Source: Sphingobacteriales bacterium 44-61 (lineage in GTDB: Bacteria; Bacteroidota; Bacteroidia; Chitinophagales; Chitinophagaceae). From it: a stretch of DNA of 32,000 bases. The stretch spans positions 182,432-214,431 of the forward strand of contig MKTW01000018.1 in assembly GCA_001898405.1 (NCBI GenBank), given 5' to 3'. Below the pieces are notes generated by a model. The model saw only the letters and a program-made list of their open reading frames with translations, ran no database searches and was not told where the DNA came from. Shown here one piece after another: positions 1-9,327 of the stretch (position 1 is its first letter; each line of letters opens with the position of its first letter). The position numbers and the translations under genes are program-made.

Positions 1-260
1 TCTGATACGATTAGCTCTGCCATTCTTTCAACTGGAGCAACTTCCAGAATCAGGTCACCAAAATCGCTGGCAAAAGGCTTTAATTTAACAATCTTACTTG
101 CCTTGCTTTTGTCAATTAAGTCCCGAATCTCAAATGCAAATTCAGAATGGCCCAATTTGGCTTCGTAGGCAGCAATCTGCAGGGCCAACGTCGTAAAACG
201 AATTTGGTCATTATCTACGTGTGCCTTGATCAGACTTTTTACTTGTTCCGCGTTAGCCAT
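1..260 (-). CDS. Hypothetical protein, N-terminal 86 codons only (continues beyond the window edge); helical N-terminus resembling those of some bacterial AAA+ ATPase family proteins
   Basis: Absent from the ORF track because it has no in-window stop. The reverse complement of 1-260 starts with ATG (258-260) and stays open to the edge: MANAEQVKSLIKAHVDNDQIRFTTLALQIAAYEAKLGHSEFAFEIRDLIDKSKASKIVKLKPFASDFGDLILEVAPVERMAELIVS. The family guess is from memory only. Confidence 0.45.
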   Translation of the reverse strand, partial: MANAEQVKSLIKAHVDNDQIRFTTLALQIAAYEAKLGHSEFAFEIRDLIDKSKASKIVKLKPFASDFGDLILEVAPVERMAELIVS

Positions 261-672
261 AAGGGATTTTCTTCAAAAAAGATTAATATACTTCTTTTTT
301 TTCAATGCAAAGTAACTAAACCTATCTGAAAAATTTCATAGTAAGTGTCTGTGTCTCAATAAAAAGCAGGAAGTTCTTGAATTATTCTTTTTTCAGCACC
401 CCTAACTTATAGGATCATCCTTTAACACCGCCTCTCTGGTTCGTGAAATCTCGCTCCCGGGTATCGCAGCAGTTCAGGTGACCGCTAAGGCTTTTAATTC
501 AATTTTCTGACCGGCGATAGCTAAACCTCTCTATAAGATCTTATATCTGATTAGACTGATATTCAATTAATATTTTCAAATAATCTAAATCTTATTCAAA
601 AAAAATTAATACATAAAATTATATAAGTTGTATATATTTCAAATATGTACTTATCCGAGATGAAGCAATGAT

Positions 673-1776
673 TTATTTCTCTTTCCAAATGGCAGTACTT
701 CCAGGTTTCCTCTCATCAGTAGCCCTAACCACGATGGTGTCATTATTACTGAGATTCCCAAATACCTCTATGCCCTTATCAGTAGACATCCCCTGCCTCA
801 CATCGATCCAGACTGCTTTCCCATCCTTCACCCCGATAACAAATTTCCGTTCCTGATTGGTAACAATAGCAGAAGGAGGAACAATAAACGAATTGCCAGT
901 TCTTTGTAATTCCAGTTTTACATAAGCAAAGGAACCGGCTTTCAGATCATGACTTTTATTATCATAGATGTATTCCCAGGTTTCCGTTCTTGTTTGTGGA
1001 TCAATGCTTTCGCTTTTCCGGGCAAGGGCCGCTTGAAATAATTTATTGGGATATGCGTCTACTCTAAAAGGAGCTGTTTTGGAAACAGCTCCGGATGCAA
1101 TATATAATTCAGGCACTGCTACTCTTAACCTGAGTTTGCCATTATGCTGTATGGTCAGGATTGCCTGATTGTTACCTACCAATGTTCCCCTGTCAGCTTT
1201 CCGGGCTGTAACAACGCCATCAAAAGGAGCATGAAGCACAAGGTAGCCCGCAACTTCTTTGTAAGATTGGGCCAGCAGGTGTGCAGCTTCATAGCTGGCA
1301 CTGTCAGCGAGGTACTGGTTCCGGCTACGTTCAAGATCAACAGGCGTTACAATGCCCGGTGTTTTCGCCTGGGCTGCTTTGGAAAGGCGTTGATAAACAT
1401 CCATACTGCTCAGGTATTTTGCTTTTGCAGCTTGCAGAGACGACTGAAACTCTGCATATTTTGTTTGCAATTCTGGGGCTTCAATGATGGCAAGTGTTTG
1501 TCCCCGTTTTACCTGGTCGCCCATATCAACCCTCAGGTCTTTTAGATAACCCTGCACCCTTGCAAATAGTTCTGCCTGTTCGAAAGGCAATAACTCAGCG
1601 GGAAGTTCAATACTTTTAGTGAGGTTGGTATCATGCAATACCAACACAGGTACTGTGTCTGGTGGGTTAGTTGGTGCTGAAACTGCTGGCGAAGAGGCAT
1701 TATTCTGACAGCTGATCAAAGAATATGCCCATAGCACCACTAAAAAATATTTTATAGACTGATTGTTGCTTTTCAT
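673..1776 (-). CDS. Efflux RND transporter periplasmic adaptor subunit (membrane fusion protein, HlyD family), lipoprotein
   Basis: 367 aa. Lipoprotein signal (AYSLISCQNN). Typical MFP layout with alpha-hairpin, lipoyl and beta-barrel segments (GQTLAIIEAPELQ..., LHAPFDGVVTARKADRGTLV). Its start overlaps the pump stop by 4 nt (1773-1776). Confidence 0.9.
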   Translation of the reverse strand: MKSNNQSIKYFLVVLWAYSLISCQNNASSPAVSAPTNPPDTVPVLVLHDTNLTKSIELPAELLPFEQAELFARVQGYLKDLRVDMGDQVKRGQTLAIIEAPELQTKYAEFQSSLQAAKAKYLSSMDVYQRLSKAAQAKTPGIVTPVDLERSRNQYLADSASYEAAHLLAQSYKEVAGYLVLHAPFDGVVTARKADRGTLVGNNQAILTIQHNGKLRLRVAVPELYIASGAVSKTAPFRVDAYPNKLFQAALARKSESIDPQTRTETWEYIYDNKSHDLKAGSFAYVKLELQRTGNSFIVPPSAIVTNQERKFVIGVKDGKAVWIDVRQGMSTDKGIEVFGNLSNNDTIVVRATDERKPGSTAIWKEK

Positions 1777-4700
1777 TGTTCATTATAATTTTTGCTGTTC
1801 ATATCGTCCGGATCAAGTGATGCAGAAACATATTTTCTATTTCCCATTGAGTAATGATATATCTGAGGCAGGAAGAATAACACACTTATTGTGGAAAATA
1901 CCAGGCCTCCGATCACTGCGACACCCAGCGGAGCGATCTGATCACCACCCTCACCTAATCCCAAGGCCATGGGGGTCATGCCTGCTATCATAGCAAGGCT
2001 TGTCATAATAATGGGACGTAGCCTGCTTTCAGAAGCTATCAAAGCTGCACGGGGGTTTCCTGCCTTGCGCTGGCTCTCTGCTGCTGTTATGAATAATACT
2101 GCATTGGCAATGGCAACACCAATGGACATAATACAACCCATATAAGATTGAATGTTCAGCGTTTTTCCTGTAAGCAGGAGAAAGAATAATGAGCCCGTCA
2201 CCACTGCAGGAATAACAGAAAGTATAATGAGCGATAGCCGGAAGGACTGAAAGAAAACCGTCATCAGTAACAGGATTACCACAATAGCAACTAATAGTCC
2301 GAATTGCAGGCTGTACAATGTGTCTTTCAGGAGTTCGGGCTGGCCGCGCAGTAAGACTTTTGAACCTTTAGGAATAGGGGCCTGACTGATAATTTTATTT
2401 ACTTCCTTGAAGGCTCTGCCAAGGTCCTCCCCCTGCACATTAGCGGTGATGGTAATATAACGCTGTTGATTTAAGCGGTCATATTCACCGGGTATATTGA
2501 TGCGTTTCCAGGAAGCCACTTCATTGAGCAGATGAAGATTTCCATTACCGGAAGAAACAGGGATCATCTCGAGTTGCGAAGTACTATTCATCCGGTATTC
2601 TGGGTATTGCACCTGTATGATGTAGGCCGTTCCGGTTGCCTTGTCAAGCCAGTATGCGGGTGAAGTAAAACGGCTGGATGATGTGGCTGCAGTAGTAGAA
2701 CGTGTAATCTGATCTGTAGTAAGGTCCAGTTGTCCGGCTTTCACACGATCCACATCAATTTTGATGGCCGGGTAATCAAGAGGTGTTGCGATCTGAATAT
2801 CTCTGAGGAATGAAACAGCTGAAAGCTGATTATACAACCAGGTAGCGGTTTTCCTGCCATCTTCCAGGTTTTTGTTGATCACGGCTATCTCAACAGGATT
2901 GGTTGAACCAAGATTAAGGACCTGTTCAGACAGATCACCGGGTTCAAAAGAAATTTTAGCATCTGGTACTTCTTTAACGATAGCCATTCTTAGCTGTTCT
3001 TTAAATCTGTCTAAAGCAATACTTCCTGGCTTCAGTTTGATCTTTGTAACGGATTCATGCGGCCCGCCGGTCCACAGATGGATATAATTCACGGGGAAAC
3101 TGGATGGCTGGGTTCCCACGAAAGCAGACGTGATAAGTACATTTTCTTTTCCGGCGATCCGGTCCACTTCATTCAGCAAAATACGGGTGGCATCTTCTGT
3201 TCTCTCCACCCTGGTACCTACCGGTAAACGCAGCCTTACCTGTGTTTGACCTGTATCTGTTTTAGGGAATAGCTCTGTCCCAATCATCGTGAAAAGTAAA
3301 ACAACAGCTCCAACGGATAGCACAATAAATATTCCTGTAAGCATTCCGCCTCTTTCCTGAAGCCAGTTGCTGTATTGTGCATACCTGCTTTTGAACCGTT
3401 CAAAAAAACCTGGCGATCTTTCCTTGTTGCTTAAATGATGCTTCATGAGCCAGTTGCCCATCACAGGAACAAATGTCTGAGATAACAGGAATGATGCAAT
3501 CATGGCAAAGCCCACAGCAAGCGACAAAGGAAGAAACATGGCTTTAGGAACACCATTCATAAACAAAGAAGGAACAAATACAGCAAGAATACTTAGCAGT
3601 ATCAGCAGTTTGGGAATGGCTATTTCTTTGGATGCATCTGCAATGGCTCTTGCCTTGCTTTTGCCTGCCTCCATGTGCCGGTGTATATTCTCAATGGTCA
3701 CGGTAGCTTCATCTACCAGTATCCCTACCGATAAAGCAAGACCACCCAGGGTCATGATATTGATAGTTTGGCCGGTGAGGTATAAAAGTGTGGCTGAAGA
3801 GAGTAATGCTAATGGGATCGTTAATACAACGATCAGCGCACCTCTTCGGTCGCGCAGAAATAACAAGACCATTAAGCCGGTAAGAATGGCCCCCAACCCT
3901 CCTTCAAATAATAAACTCTTAAGGGAATTGATCACATAGCCAGACTGGTCAAACTCATAGGAAACCTTGATGTCGTCAGGAATAGCAGCCTGCATATCGG
4001 GTAAAGCAGCTTTTACCCGCTGCACCACATCCCAGGTAGAAGCATCAGCTCTTTTAGTAACGGGAATATAGACAGAGCGTTTGCCATTGATCAGTGCATA
4101 GCTGGTAGTTACATCAGAGCCCAATGCAACGGTAGCAATATCTTTTACATACACGGAAGGGCCACTACCTAATTGCAGCGGGGTATTCTGCAATTCATTT
4201 AGGTTTTCGATAACGCTGTTTTGCGGTGTAATGTAGGTACTGTCTCCTATCCGCACATTACCCGCCGGGCTGATCGTATTAGTTTTTACCAGTGTCTGTA
4301 CTACCTGATCTGGTGTAAGGTGATAATTCCTGATCTTGTCAGGATCAACTGTGATCAATACTGTTTTCTGGTTACCTCCAAATGGTGGAGGAGCAGAAAC
4401 GCCGGGCAGGGTTGAGAACATTGGGCGAACCCTGAAAAGCGCCAGATCGGAAATCTCCCCCAGTGAGCGGGTTTCACTACTGAAAACCAATTGACCTACA
4501 GGCACGCTGCCTGCATCAAAGCGGGTAATGAATGGAGGAACAGTCCCGGGTGGCATAAAAGCTCTTGAGCGATTCACATAACCTACCACTTCTGCCATAG
4601 CCTGGCTCATGTCGGTGCCTTCATTAAATTCTATTTTGATGATGGCAGCCCCCTGAATAGATTTTGAATCTACATATTTTACTCCGGTAATATAGAGAAA

Positions 4701-4910
4701 ATGATATTCATAATACGAAGTGATGAATCCTTCCATTTGTTCCGGTGACAAACCTCCATAAGGCTGGGCTACATATACAGTTGGCAAACCCAGCTTTGGA
4801 AATATGTCAACCTTAGTATTCCGCATCGCCAACCAGGAAAAGAACAGGATGGCCAGTATTGCTACCAGTATGGTGACAGGACGTCGTAACGCAGCTATAA
4901 TGAGCTTCAT
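1773..4910 (-). CDS. Efflux RND transporter permease subunit (AcrB/CzcA superfamily); substrate class not determinable
   Basis: 1045 aa. N-terminal MKLIIAALRRPVTILVAILAILFF followed by a large periplasmic loop. Two blocks of hydrophobic TM helices separated by soluble domains, the classic 12-TM RND architecture. Flanked by an adaptor and a TolC-like gene. Confidence 0.95.
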   Translation of the reverse strand: MKLIIAALRRPVTILVAILAILFFSWLAMRNTKVDIFPKLGLPTVYVAQPYGGLSPEQMEGFITSYYEYHFLYITGVKYVDSKSIQGAAIIKIEFNEGTDMSQAMAEVVGYVNRSRAFMPPGTVPPFITRFDAGSVPVGQLVFSSETRSLGEISDLALFRVRPMFSTLPGVSAPPPFGGNQKTVLITVDPDKIRNYHLTPDQVVQTLVKTNTISPAGNVRIGDSTYITPQNSVIENLNELQNTPLQLGSGPSVYVKDIATVALGSDVTTSYALINGKRSVYIPVTKRADASTWDVVQRVKAALPDMQAAIPDDIKVSYEFDQSGYVINSLKSLLFEGGLGAILTGLMVLLFLRDRRGALIVVLTIPLALLSSATLLYLTGQTINIMTLGGLALSVGILVDEATVTIENIHRHMEAGKSKARAIADASKEIAIPKLLILLSILAVFVPSLFMNGVPKAMFLPLSLAVGFAMIASFLLSQTFVPVMGNWLMKHHLSNKERSPGFFERFKSRYAQYSNWLQERGGMLTGIFIVLSVGAVVLLFTMIGTELFPKTDTGQTQVRLRLPVGTRVERTEDATRILLNEVDRIAGKENVLITSAFVGTQPSSFPVNYIHLWTGGPHESVTKIKLKPGSIALDRFKEQLRMAIVKEVPDAKISFEPGDLSEQVLNLGSTNPVEIAVINKNLEDGRKTATWLYNQLSAVSFLRDIQIATPLDYPAIKIDVDRVKAGQLDLTTDQITRSTTAATSSSRFTSPAYWLDKATGTAYIIQVQYPEYRMNSTSQLEMIPVSSGNGNLHLLNEVASWKRINIPGEYDRLNQQRYITITANVQGEDLGRAFKEVNKIISQAPIPKGSKVLLRGQPELLKDTLYSLQFGLLVAIVVILLLMTVFFQSFRLSLIILSVIPAVVTGSLFFLLLTGKTLNIQSYMGCIMSIGVAIANAVLFITAAESQRKAGNPRAALIASESRLRPIIMTSLAMIAGMTPMALGLGEGGDQIAPLGVAVIGGLVFSTISVLFFLPQIYHYSMGNRKYVSASLDPDDMNSKNYNEQ

Positions 4911-4914
4911 ACAA

Positions 4915-6315
4915 TCATTTGAGTTGATCTAAAAATAAATCCAGGTTCCCTTTGGCAACAGCAACAGACAATAAAGAACGCCATAGCTGTAATTGTGCAG
5001 TTGCATTGTTGAGTTCTGCTCTTGTTAATTCGTATTGCGATTGGTATATTCTGGCATAATCAATTAAGCCAGCTTCATAACTAAGCTTTAAACCATCATA
5101 TACATCGGTAGCGATTTTTAATTGAAGAGGTGTTTTATCGGCAATTTGAGCATCCTGCCTGTATTGCAGCTCTGCGCTTTCAACCTGTTTGACAATATCA
5201 AGCCGTACCTGCGCCAACCTTTCTTCATCTGATTTCAATAAGTAACCATATTGTTTTTTACGAATGTTGAGTTTGCTGAATTGCAGGATCGGAAAACTAA
5301 GTTGCAGACCAATTCCTGCATTGGTCCTGGAAAGTCCCCAGCCATCGGTCTTATTGATAAGGCCATTGGCATTTACTCCTGAGCCCCGGGCATAAACATT
5401 ACCCCATACATCCAGTTGAGGAAGCCACGAACGTTGTATTTCCCGCAAACCAGCGGCTGTGGTATTTCTCTGTGCTTCTATAAATTGATAATAAGGATGA
5501 CTATTGAAAGAGGTGGAGTCCAGAAAAAGCAATGAAGGCTTAAGCGTTGTGTCGGTTAAAAGGATATTGCGGGCCGCATCTGTAATTCCTGTTAAACGGG
5601 TCAATTCTGTCAGTTTTTGCAGATAAGTTTTTTCTGTTTGGAGATACTCAATTTCTGCCTGGATTATAGCGGACTGAAATTGCACCGTATCAATCCCGGG
5701 TTTTAACCCCGTTTTTGCCAGCACCAAAGATTGTTCAAGATTGATTTTATTCCTTTCAATAACTGCCGATGAAATACGATCAAGATTTCTGAGATAGAGG
5801 ATCTCGAGATACAGATTAATTGCGGCATACTGATACTGAAACAACTGTTCATTGTAGGTTGCATTTGCCTGCTTGTATTGTGCGGTTGCCTTTTCAATAG
5901 CGGCATTGCGTTGCCCGAACGTAAAGGGGTTCCATTTGATAAGCGCTCCCAAGGCTGTACCAGGTATAAAATTCATTTCATTGCCGGCAGATGGTGGCCC
6001 GCTTATTGGTAACAGAAAACCAGGATAACTCATCCCCGTAATGTTGTTAAAGGTGGCCATATTTACCTGGTAACCTGCTACGAGATCAGGCATAAGGCTG
6101 TTTTTCGCGAGGGGGATGTTTTCCTTGGCAGCTTCCTCCTGTAGGCGGTAGGCTTCCAGTTGAGGAAGATTATGTTGAACCTTATTCAAGGTCTCCCTGA
6201 TAGAAAGTCTAATCTGCTGAGCACCGGCATTTTCAGAGCCAGTAACCATGAAAAGGAAAAGAAGTAAAATAACTACCAGGTATTTTTTAGCCCCTGATTG
6301 GCTGATTGTAAACAT
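4915..6315 (-). CDS. TolC-family outer membrane efflux protein
   Basis: 466 aa. Signal peptide ending GSENAGAQQ. Two repeated coiled-coil/beta halves typical of OMF proteins. Its stop lies 4 nt upstream of the RND pump start. Confidence 0.9.
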   Translation of the reverse strand: MFTISQSGAKKYLVVILLLFLFMVTGSENAGAQQIRLSIRETLNKVQHNLPQLEAYRLQEEAAKENIPLAKNSLMPDLVAGYQVNMATFNNITGMSYPGFLLPISGPPSAGNEMNFIPGTALGALIKWNPFTFGQRNAAIEKATAQYKQANATYNEQLFQYQYAAINLYLEILYLRNLDRISSAVIERNKINLEQSLVLAKTGLKPGIDTVQFQSAIIQAEIEYLQTEKTYLQKLTELTRLTGITDAARNILLTDTTLKPSLLFLDSTSFNSHPYYQFIEAQRNTTAAGLREIQRSWLPQLDVWGNVYARGSGVNANGLINKTDGWGLSRTNAGIGLQLSFPILQFSKLNIRKKQYGYLLKSDEERLAQVRLDIVKQVESAELQYRQDAQIADKTPLQLKIATDVYDGLKLSYEAGLIDYARIYQSQYELTRAELNNATAQLQLWRSLLSVAVAKGNLDLFLDQLK

Positions 6316-6528
6316 TGCCTTGTTTAAAATTTTGGTTGCACTATTTGATTACGGAACGACTATTTGCCAATTACCTGTTCAATACTATACCTGAAAACAA
6401 CAAGAAAAGCGGATCAGGTCTACAGACCGTTATCCGCAAATCGTTGAATGACAAATATTAGAATTTGAACTGACAACTCTATGGTATATTTGAAAATAGT
6501 ACGGTATTATTGATTGATCCTGGAGCAA

Positions 6529-7251
6529 TCAACGAAGGGGGGTAAACTGTGACAATTCATATATACCCAAACGCTTTTCAATGCCGGCGACTTTCTCAAC
6601 CATCATATCAAAACCGTCTTTTCCAAACCGTTTATGCTCATTTTTCTCAAACTCCTCTCCCAGCGAATCGTATTCATTTTGGGAAACGATTTTACGGAAC
6701 GCAGGAAATAATACTGTGTCTTCCCTGGCTTCATGCGGGCGATACATGTAATTGAAAGAGGTCAGTGCCTGTATCAGTTGCTGCTTTTCAGTGTCTGATG
6801 CTGTTGAGGATCCGGATAACTGTATGATCTGGTCGGTAAGCCGCCTGCCTGCCTGATGCTGGCTTAATAATGTGTCTACCAGGTCTTCAAGCTGGTGCGC
6901 CTTTTTGAAACGTCGGAATAAATAATCCTCTTCCTGCTTTTCGTGATAGTCTTCCACAAAGTTTCTTACAATTCCGGCTGCGCTTTCAAGTGCCTCGGCA
7001 GGAAAAGATTCTTTGTTGGTCAGGCTGGCTCTGCAGTGATCATATATCAGCAATATCCGGTTTAGCAGGCCATGTTCCTGCATCAGGTCCTCAGGCGGGG
7101 ATACTTCTTTTTCTTCACCACTCTGCTTCTTCCCGCAGGATGCAAGCAGGCCGGTGCCGATCACACCACTAACGAATGTAAATTTTAAGGTCTGGGTAAT
7201 AAATTGCCTGCGATCATTCCCATTATTTTCTATCCCACCGGTCATTTTCAT
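6529..7251 (-). CDS. Hemerythrin-like metal-binding domain protein with twin-arginine signal and lipobox
   Basis: 240 aa. N-terminus has DRRQFITQTLKF (Tat-like RR motif), a hydrophobic stretch, then LLASCGKK (lipobox Cys). The body carries His/Glu-rich helices typical of hemerythrin-like domains (LMQEHGLLNRIL, EDYHEKQEEDYLF, SQHQAGRRL, PHEAREDTVLFP). Confidence 0.8.
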   Translation of the reverse strand: MKMTGGIENNGNDRRQFITQTLKFTFVSGVIGTGLLASCGKKQSGEEKEVSPPEDLMQEHGLLNRILLIYDHCRASLTNKESFPAEALESAAGIVRNFVEDYHEKQEEDYLFRRFKKAHQLEDLVDTLLSQHQAGRRLTDQIIQLSGSSTASDTEKQQLIQALTSFNYMYRPHEAREDTVLFPAFRKIVSQNEYDSLGEEFEKNEHKRFGKDGFDMMVEKVAGIEKRLGIYELSQFTPLR

Positions 7252-7392
7252 ACGCTTACATTTATAGCATGGGTGTTAGCTATGGTTCAATTAAAGTCAA
7301 ATCGTTCGGCCAGATTGCCAGTTTAAACATCCTTTATAAAAATCACAGCAACAAACAGGCCATGTCAGGGCGTAATTAAAATACCAGGGATA

Positions 7393-8220
7393 TCATTCGC
7401 CTGATAAGCGAAAGACTTGTGGGGTTTGTCCTGTAATACGCTTAAAATATTTGACAAAATGAGAGGCGTCGACAAATCCAAGTGCAAATGCAATCTGGGA
7501 AATTGTGTGGCTTGTGTAAATTAATAGACGTTTTGCCTCTCTGGTAATAAATTCTGCCAGCACCTCGGAAGCAGACTGGTCCGATGCCTTTCGGCAGGCG
7601 GCATTCAGATTTTGTGGTGATGTATTTAACTGCCCGGCATAGTATTGAACTGAATTTCTGACTACACTATCACCCTGTAAGAGTTCGAGGAAGGATTGGT
7701 ACAAATCTGATTTCATCTCCGATAGACTAGCAGTGGGAAGAGCAAGATCAAGGATCTTGGCCAGTAGCGCTTTCAATAGCCCTTCGATCACATGAAAACT
7801 GTGCTCATTATTGATTGCATACTCCTGAGCCAGCAGCTGAAAAACCGGTTGAATAATTGAATCATCTTTTAAAAAAAGGCAATTCTGGTTGTTGAGCTTC
7901 TCTAATAATCGCTTCAACTCATTGTCGAGGCTTTTTTGAATAAAGCCCTTTTTAATAATAGCAACAAACCCTTCCGGCTCTCCCTCCATGTCAAAGAAGT
8001 GGATTTGCTCTCTACGAATAAAAAAAATAATTGGTACGGATATGGCAAATTTTCTCGAATCAATTGTGTGAAACCCAACTCCTCCTGAAAGATAGATGAT
8101 CTCAAAATAGTTATTATGCTTGTGGGGCTGCGTTTTTCTGATTCCCTTTTTGAAAGGTGTAATAGTAAAATCCGCATTGGGCTGAGATTTATCTTTAATA
8201 TCAATCCTGGATAAATTCAT
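7393..8220 (-). CDS. AraC family transcriptional regulator (cupin-like N-terminal domain plus C-terminal HTH)
   Basis: C-terminal AraC HTH signature (ISQIAFALGFVDASHFVKYFKRITGQTPQVFR). The ORF track starts at a TTG at 8244. The first ATG (8218-8220, MNLSRIDIK...) is the more likely start. Confidence 0.85.
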   Translation of the reverse strand: MNLSRIDIKDKSQPNADFTITPFKKGIRKTQPHKHNNYFEIIYLSGGVGFHTIDSRKFAISVPIIFFIRREQIHFFDMEGEPEGFVAIIKKGFIQKSLDNELKRLLEKLNNQNCLFLKDDSIIQPVFQLLAQEYAINNEHSFHVIEGLLKALLAKILDLALPTASLSEMKSDLYQSFLELLQGDSVVRNSVQYYAGQLNTSPQNLNAACRKASDQSASEVLAEFITREAKRLLIYTSHTISQIAFALGFVDASHFVKYFKRITGQTPQVFRLSGE

Positions 8221-8463
8221 ATGAGTACGCTTATTCTTCTCCAAAAATATATTTTTGCCAAACTATAAAACGATATTTCTGGTACCTACTGATTATGTTG
8301 TTTCTCCAAAAAGTTATTCTGTCACGGTTCATAAAACAGATTACTTGCGTCAACTGCTTTCTGAATCAATTCTGATCAAAGGGATTTTTTGAAAAAGTGG
8401 AGGGACTCAATGAACTTCTTATTTAACACGTATAACTAACCTATTTAGTATCAATCGATTAGT

Positions 8464-8613
8464 GTTTTCGGAAAATTTACGGATCGCCATAACTTGATTG
8501 ATAATCAACATATTATGATCCCCAGCAGGGGGAGCTAAAGCGTTCTTAATGAACGATAAAAACCGTTGATTTTCGCCAAATGTTTTCGGATTGTTTTCGG
8601 AAAGTTTACGGAT
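8464..8613. repeat. Two 21-bp direct repeats (20/21 identical) plus a 10-bp half copy; five same-orientation TTTWCGGA octamers
   Basis: GTTTTCGGAAAATTTACGGAT at 8464-8484. GTTTTCGGAAAGTTTACGGAT at 8593-8613. GTTTTCGGAT at 8582-8591. Octamers at 8465, 8476, 8583, 8594 and 8605. All read directly from the sequence; function unknown. Confidence 0.6.
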
Positions 8614-8869
8614 TTTACCCCAGTTTTTTGATTATGTCCCCTGAAATGGCCTATTTGCAAGTATAGGAACACGCGCAGGTATATTTACTGCCAATGCGTC
8701 TTCAAATTCTATTCGCAACAAGAATGTGGATATACTCTTGCACTTTATGCTTACATAAAACAAGAACACACCTCAACCTGGATTAACTTTTTAACACCTG
8801 GTATTAAATCCGATTTTTTGCGAAGCGAACTATTTATTTATACTCATGAAGACATAGTCCTTAAATAAT

Positions 8870-9013
8870 TCAACGACCTCTAAAAGGCGGGAAGTCTTGT
8901 CGAGAAACAGGGTTTCTAAAAAACAAAATAGCCAGTATATACAAAATAGCCGCTATCAGCATCAGATAGACTATCCATTTAGGAAGGCTATTATTGTCTT
9001 TACTTTTCTTCAT
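8870..9013 (-). CDS. Possible small membrane protein (47 aa), hypothetical
   Basis: Below the ORF-track size cutoff. The reverse complement reads MKKSKDNNSLPKWIVYLMLIAAILYILAILFFRNPVSRQDFPPFRGR*, with one clear hydrophobic helix. No other support. Confidence 0.25.
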   Translation of the reverse strand: MKKSKDNNSLPKWIVYLMLIAAILYILAILFFRNPVSRQDFPPFRGR

Positions 9014-9327
9014 TATTGCCTTTGTCTAATTTCAGGTATTATTTTTATTTGAGTTCCCTCCTTTATAAAATCTTTACCATTTGTAAGTGTCCCTATATAA
9101 CGGACAGTATAAAGTTAGAGTGAAAAGTTTACAACACGAGTAATTAATACAAGGTTGTATCTATTCAAAAATATTGAATGTAAAGATCATATTCCCAGGG
9201 TCTAATTCATGTACCGAATGCATTTCCCCGCATCCTATTCACCACGTTATTGAGTTTAAACTTTAAAAATTACTCGAAGAGTGGTCACTTTTTAGTAAAA
9301 GTTTGAAAGACGATATTCAAACGACCT

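Noticed and set aside
430-470. ggttcgtgaaatc segment resembling a tRNA T-arm (possible att site or tRNA fragment)
   Set aside because: It deviates from GGTTCGAATCC by an insertion. There is no acceptor-stem complement or CCA-proximal sequence, and no integrase nearby.
6510-6532. 7-bp inverted repeat TTGATTG/CAATCAA overlapping the hemerythrin gene stop
   Set aside because: The stem is weak and AT-rich, with no clear U-tract. The evidence is too marginal to call a terminator.
7914-8204. 96-aa same-strand ORF in an alternative frame inside the AraC gene
   Set aside because: The main frame has a clear AraC domain structure. The alternative frame has no features.
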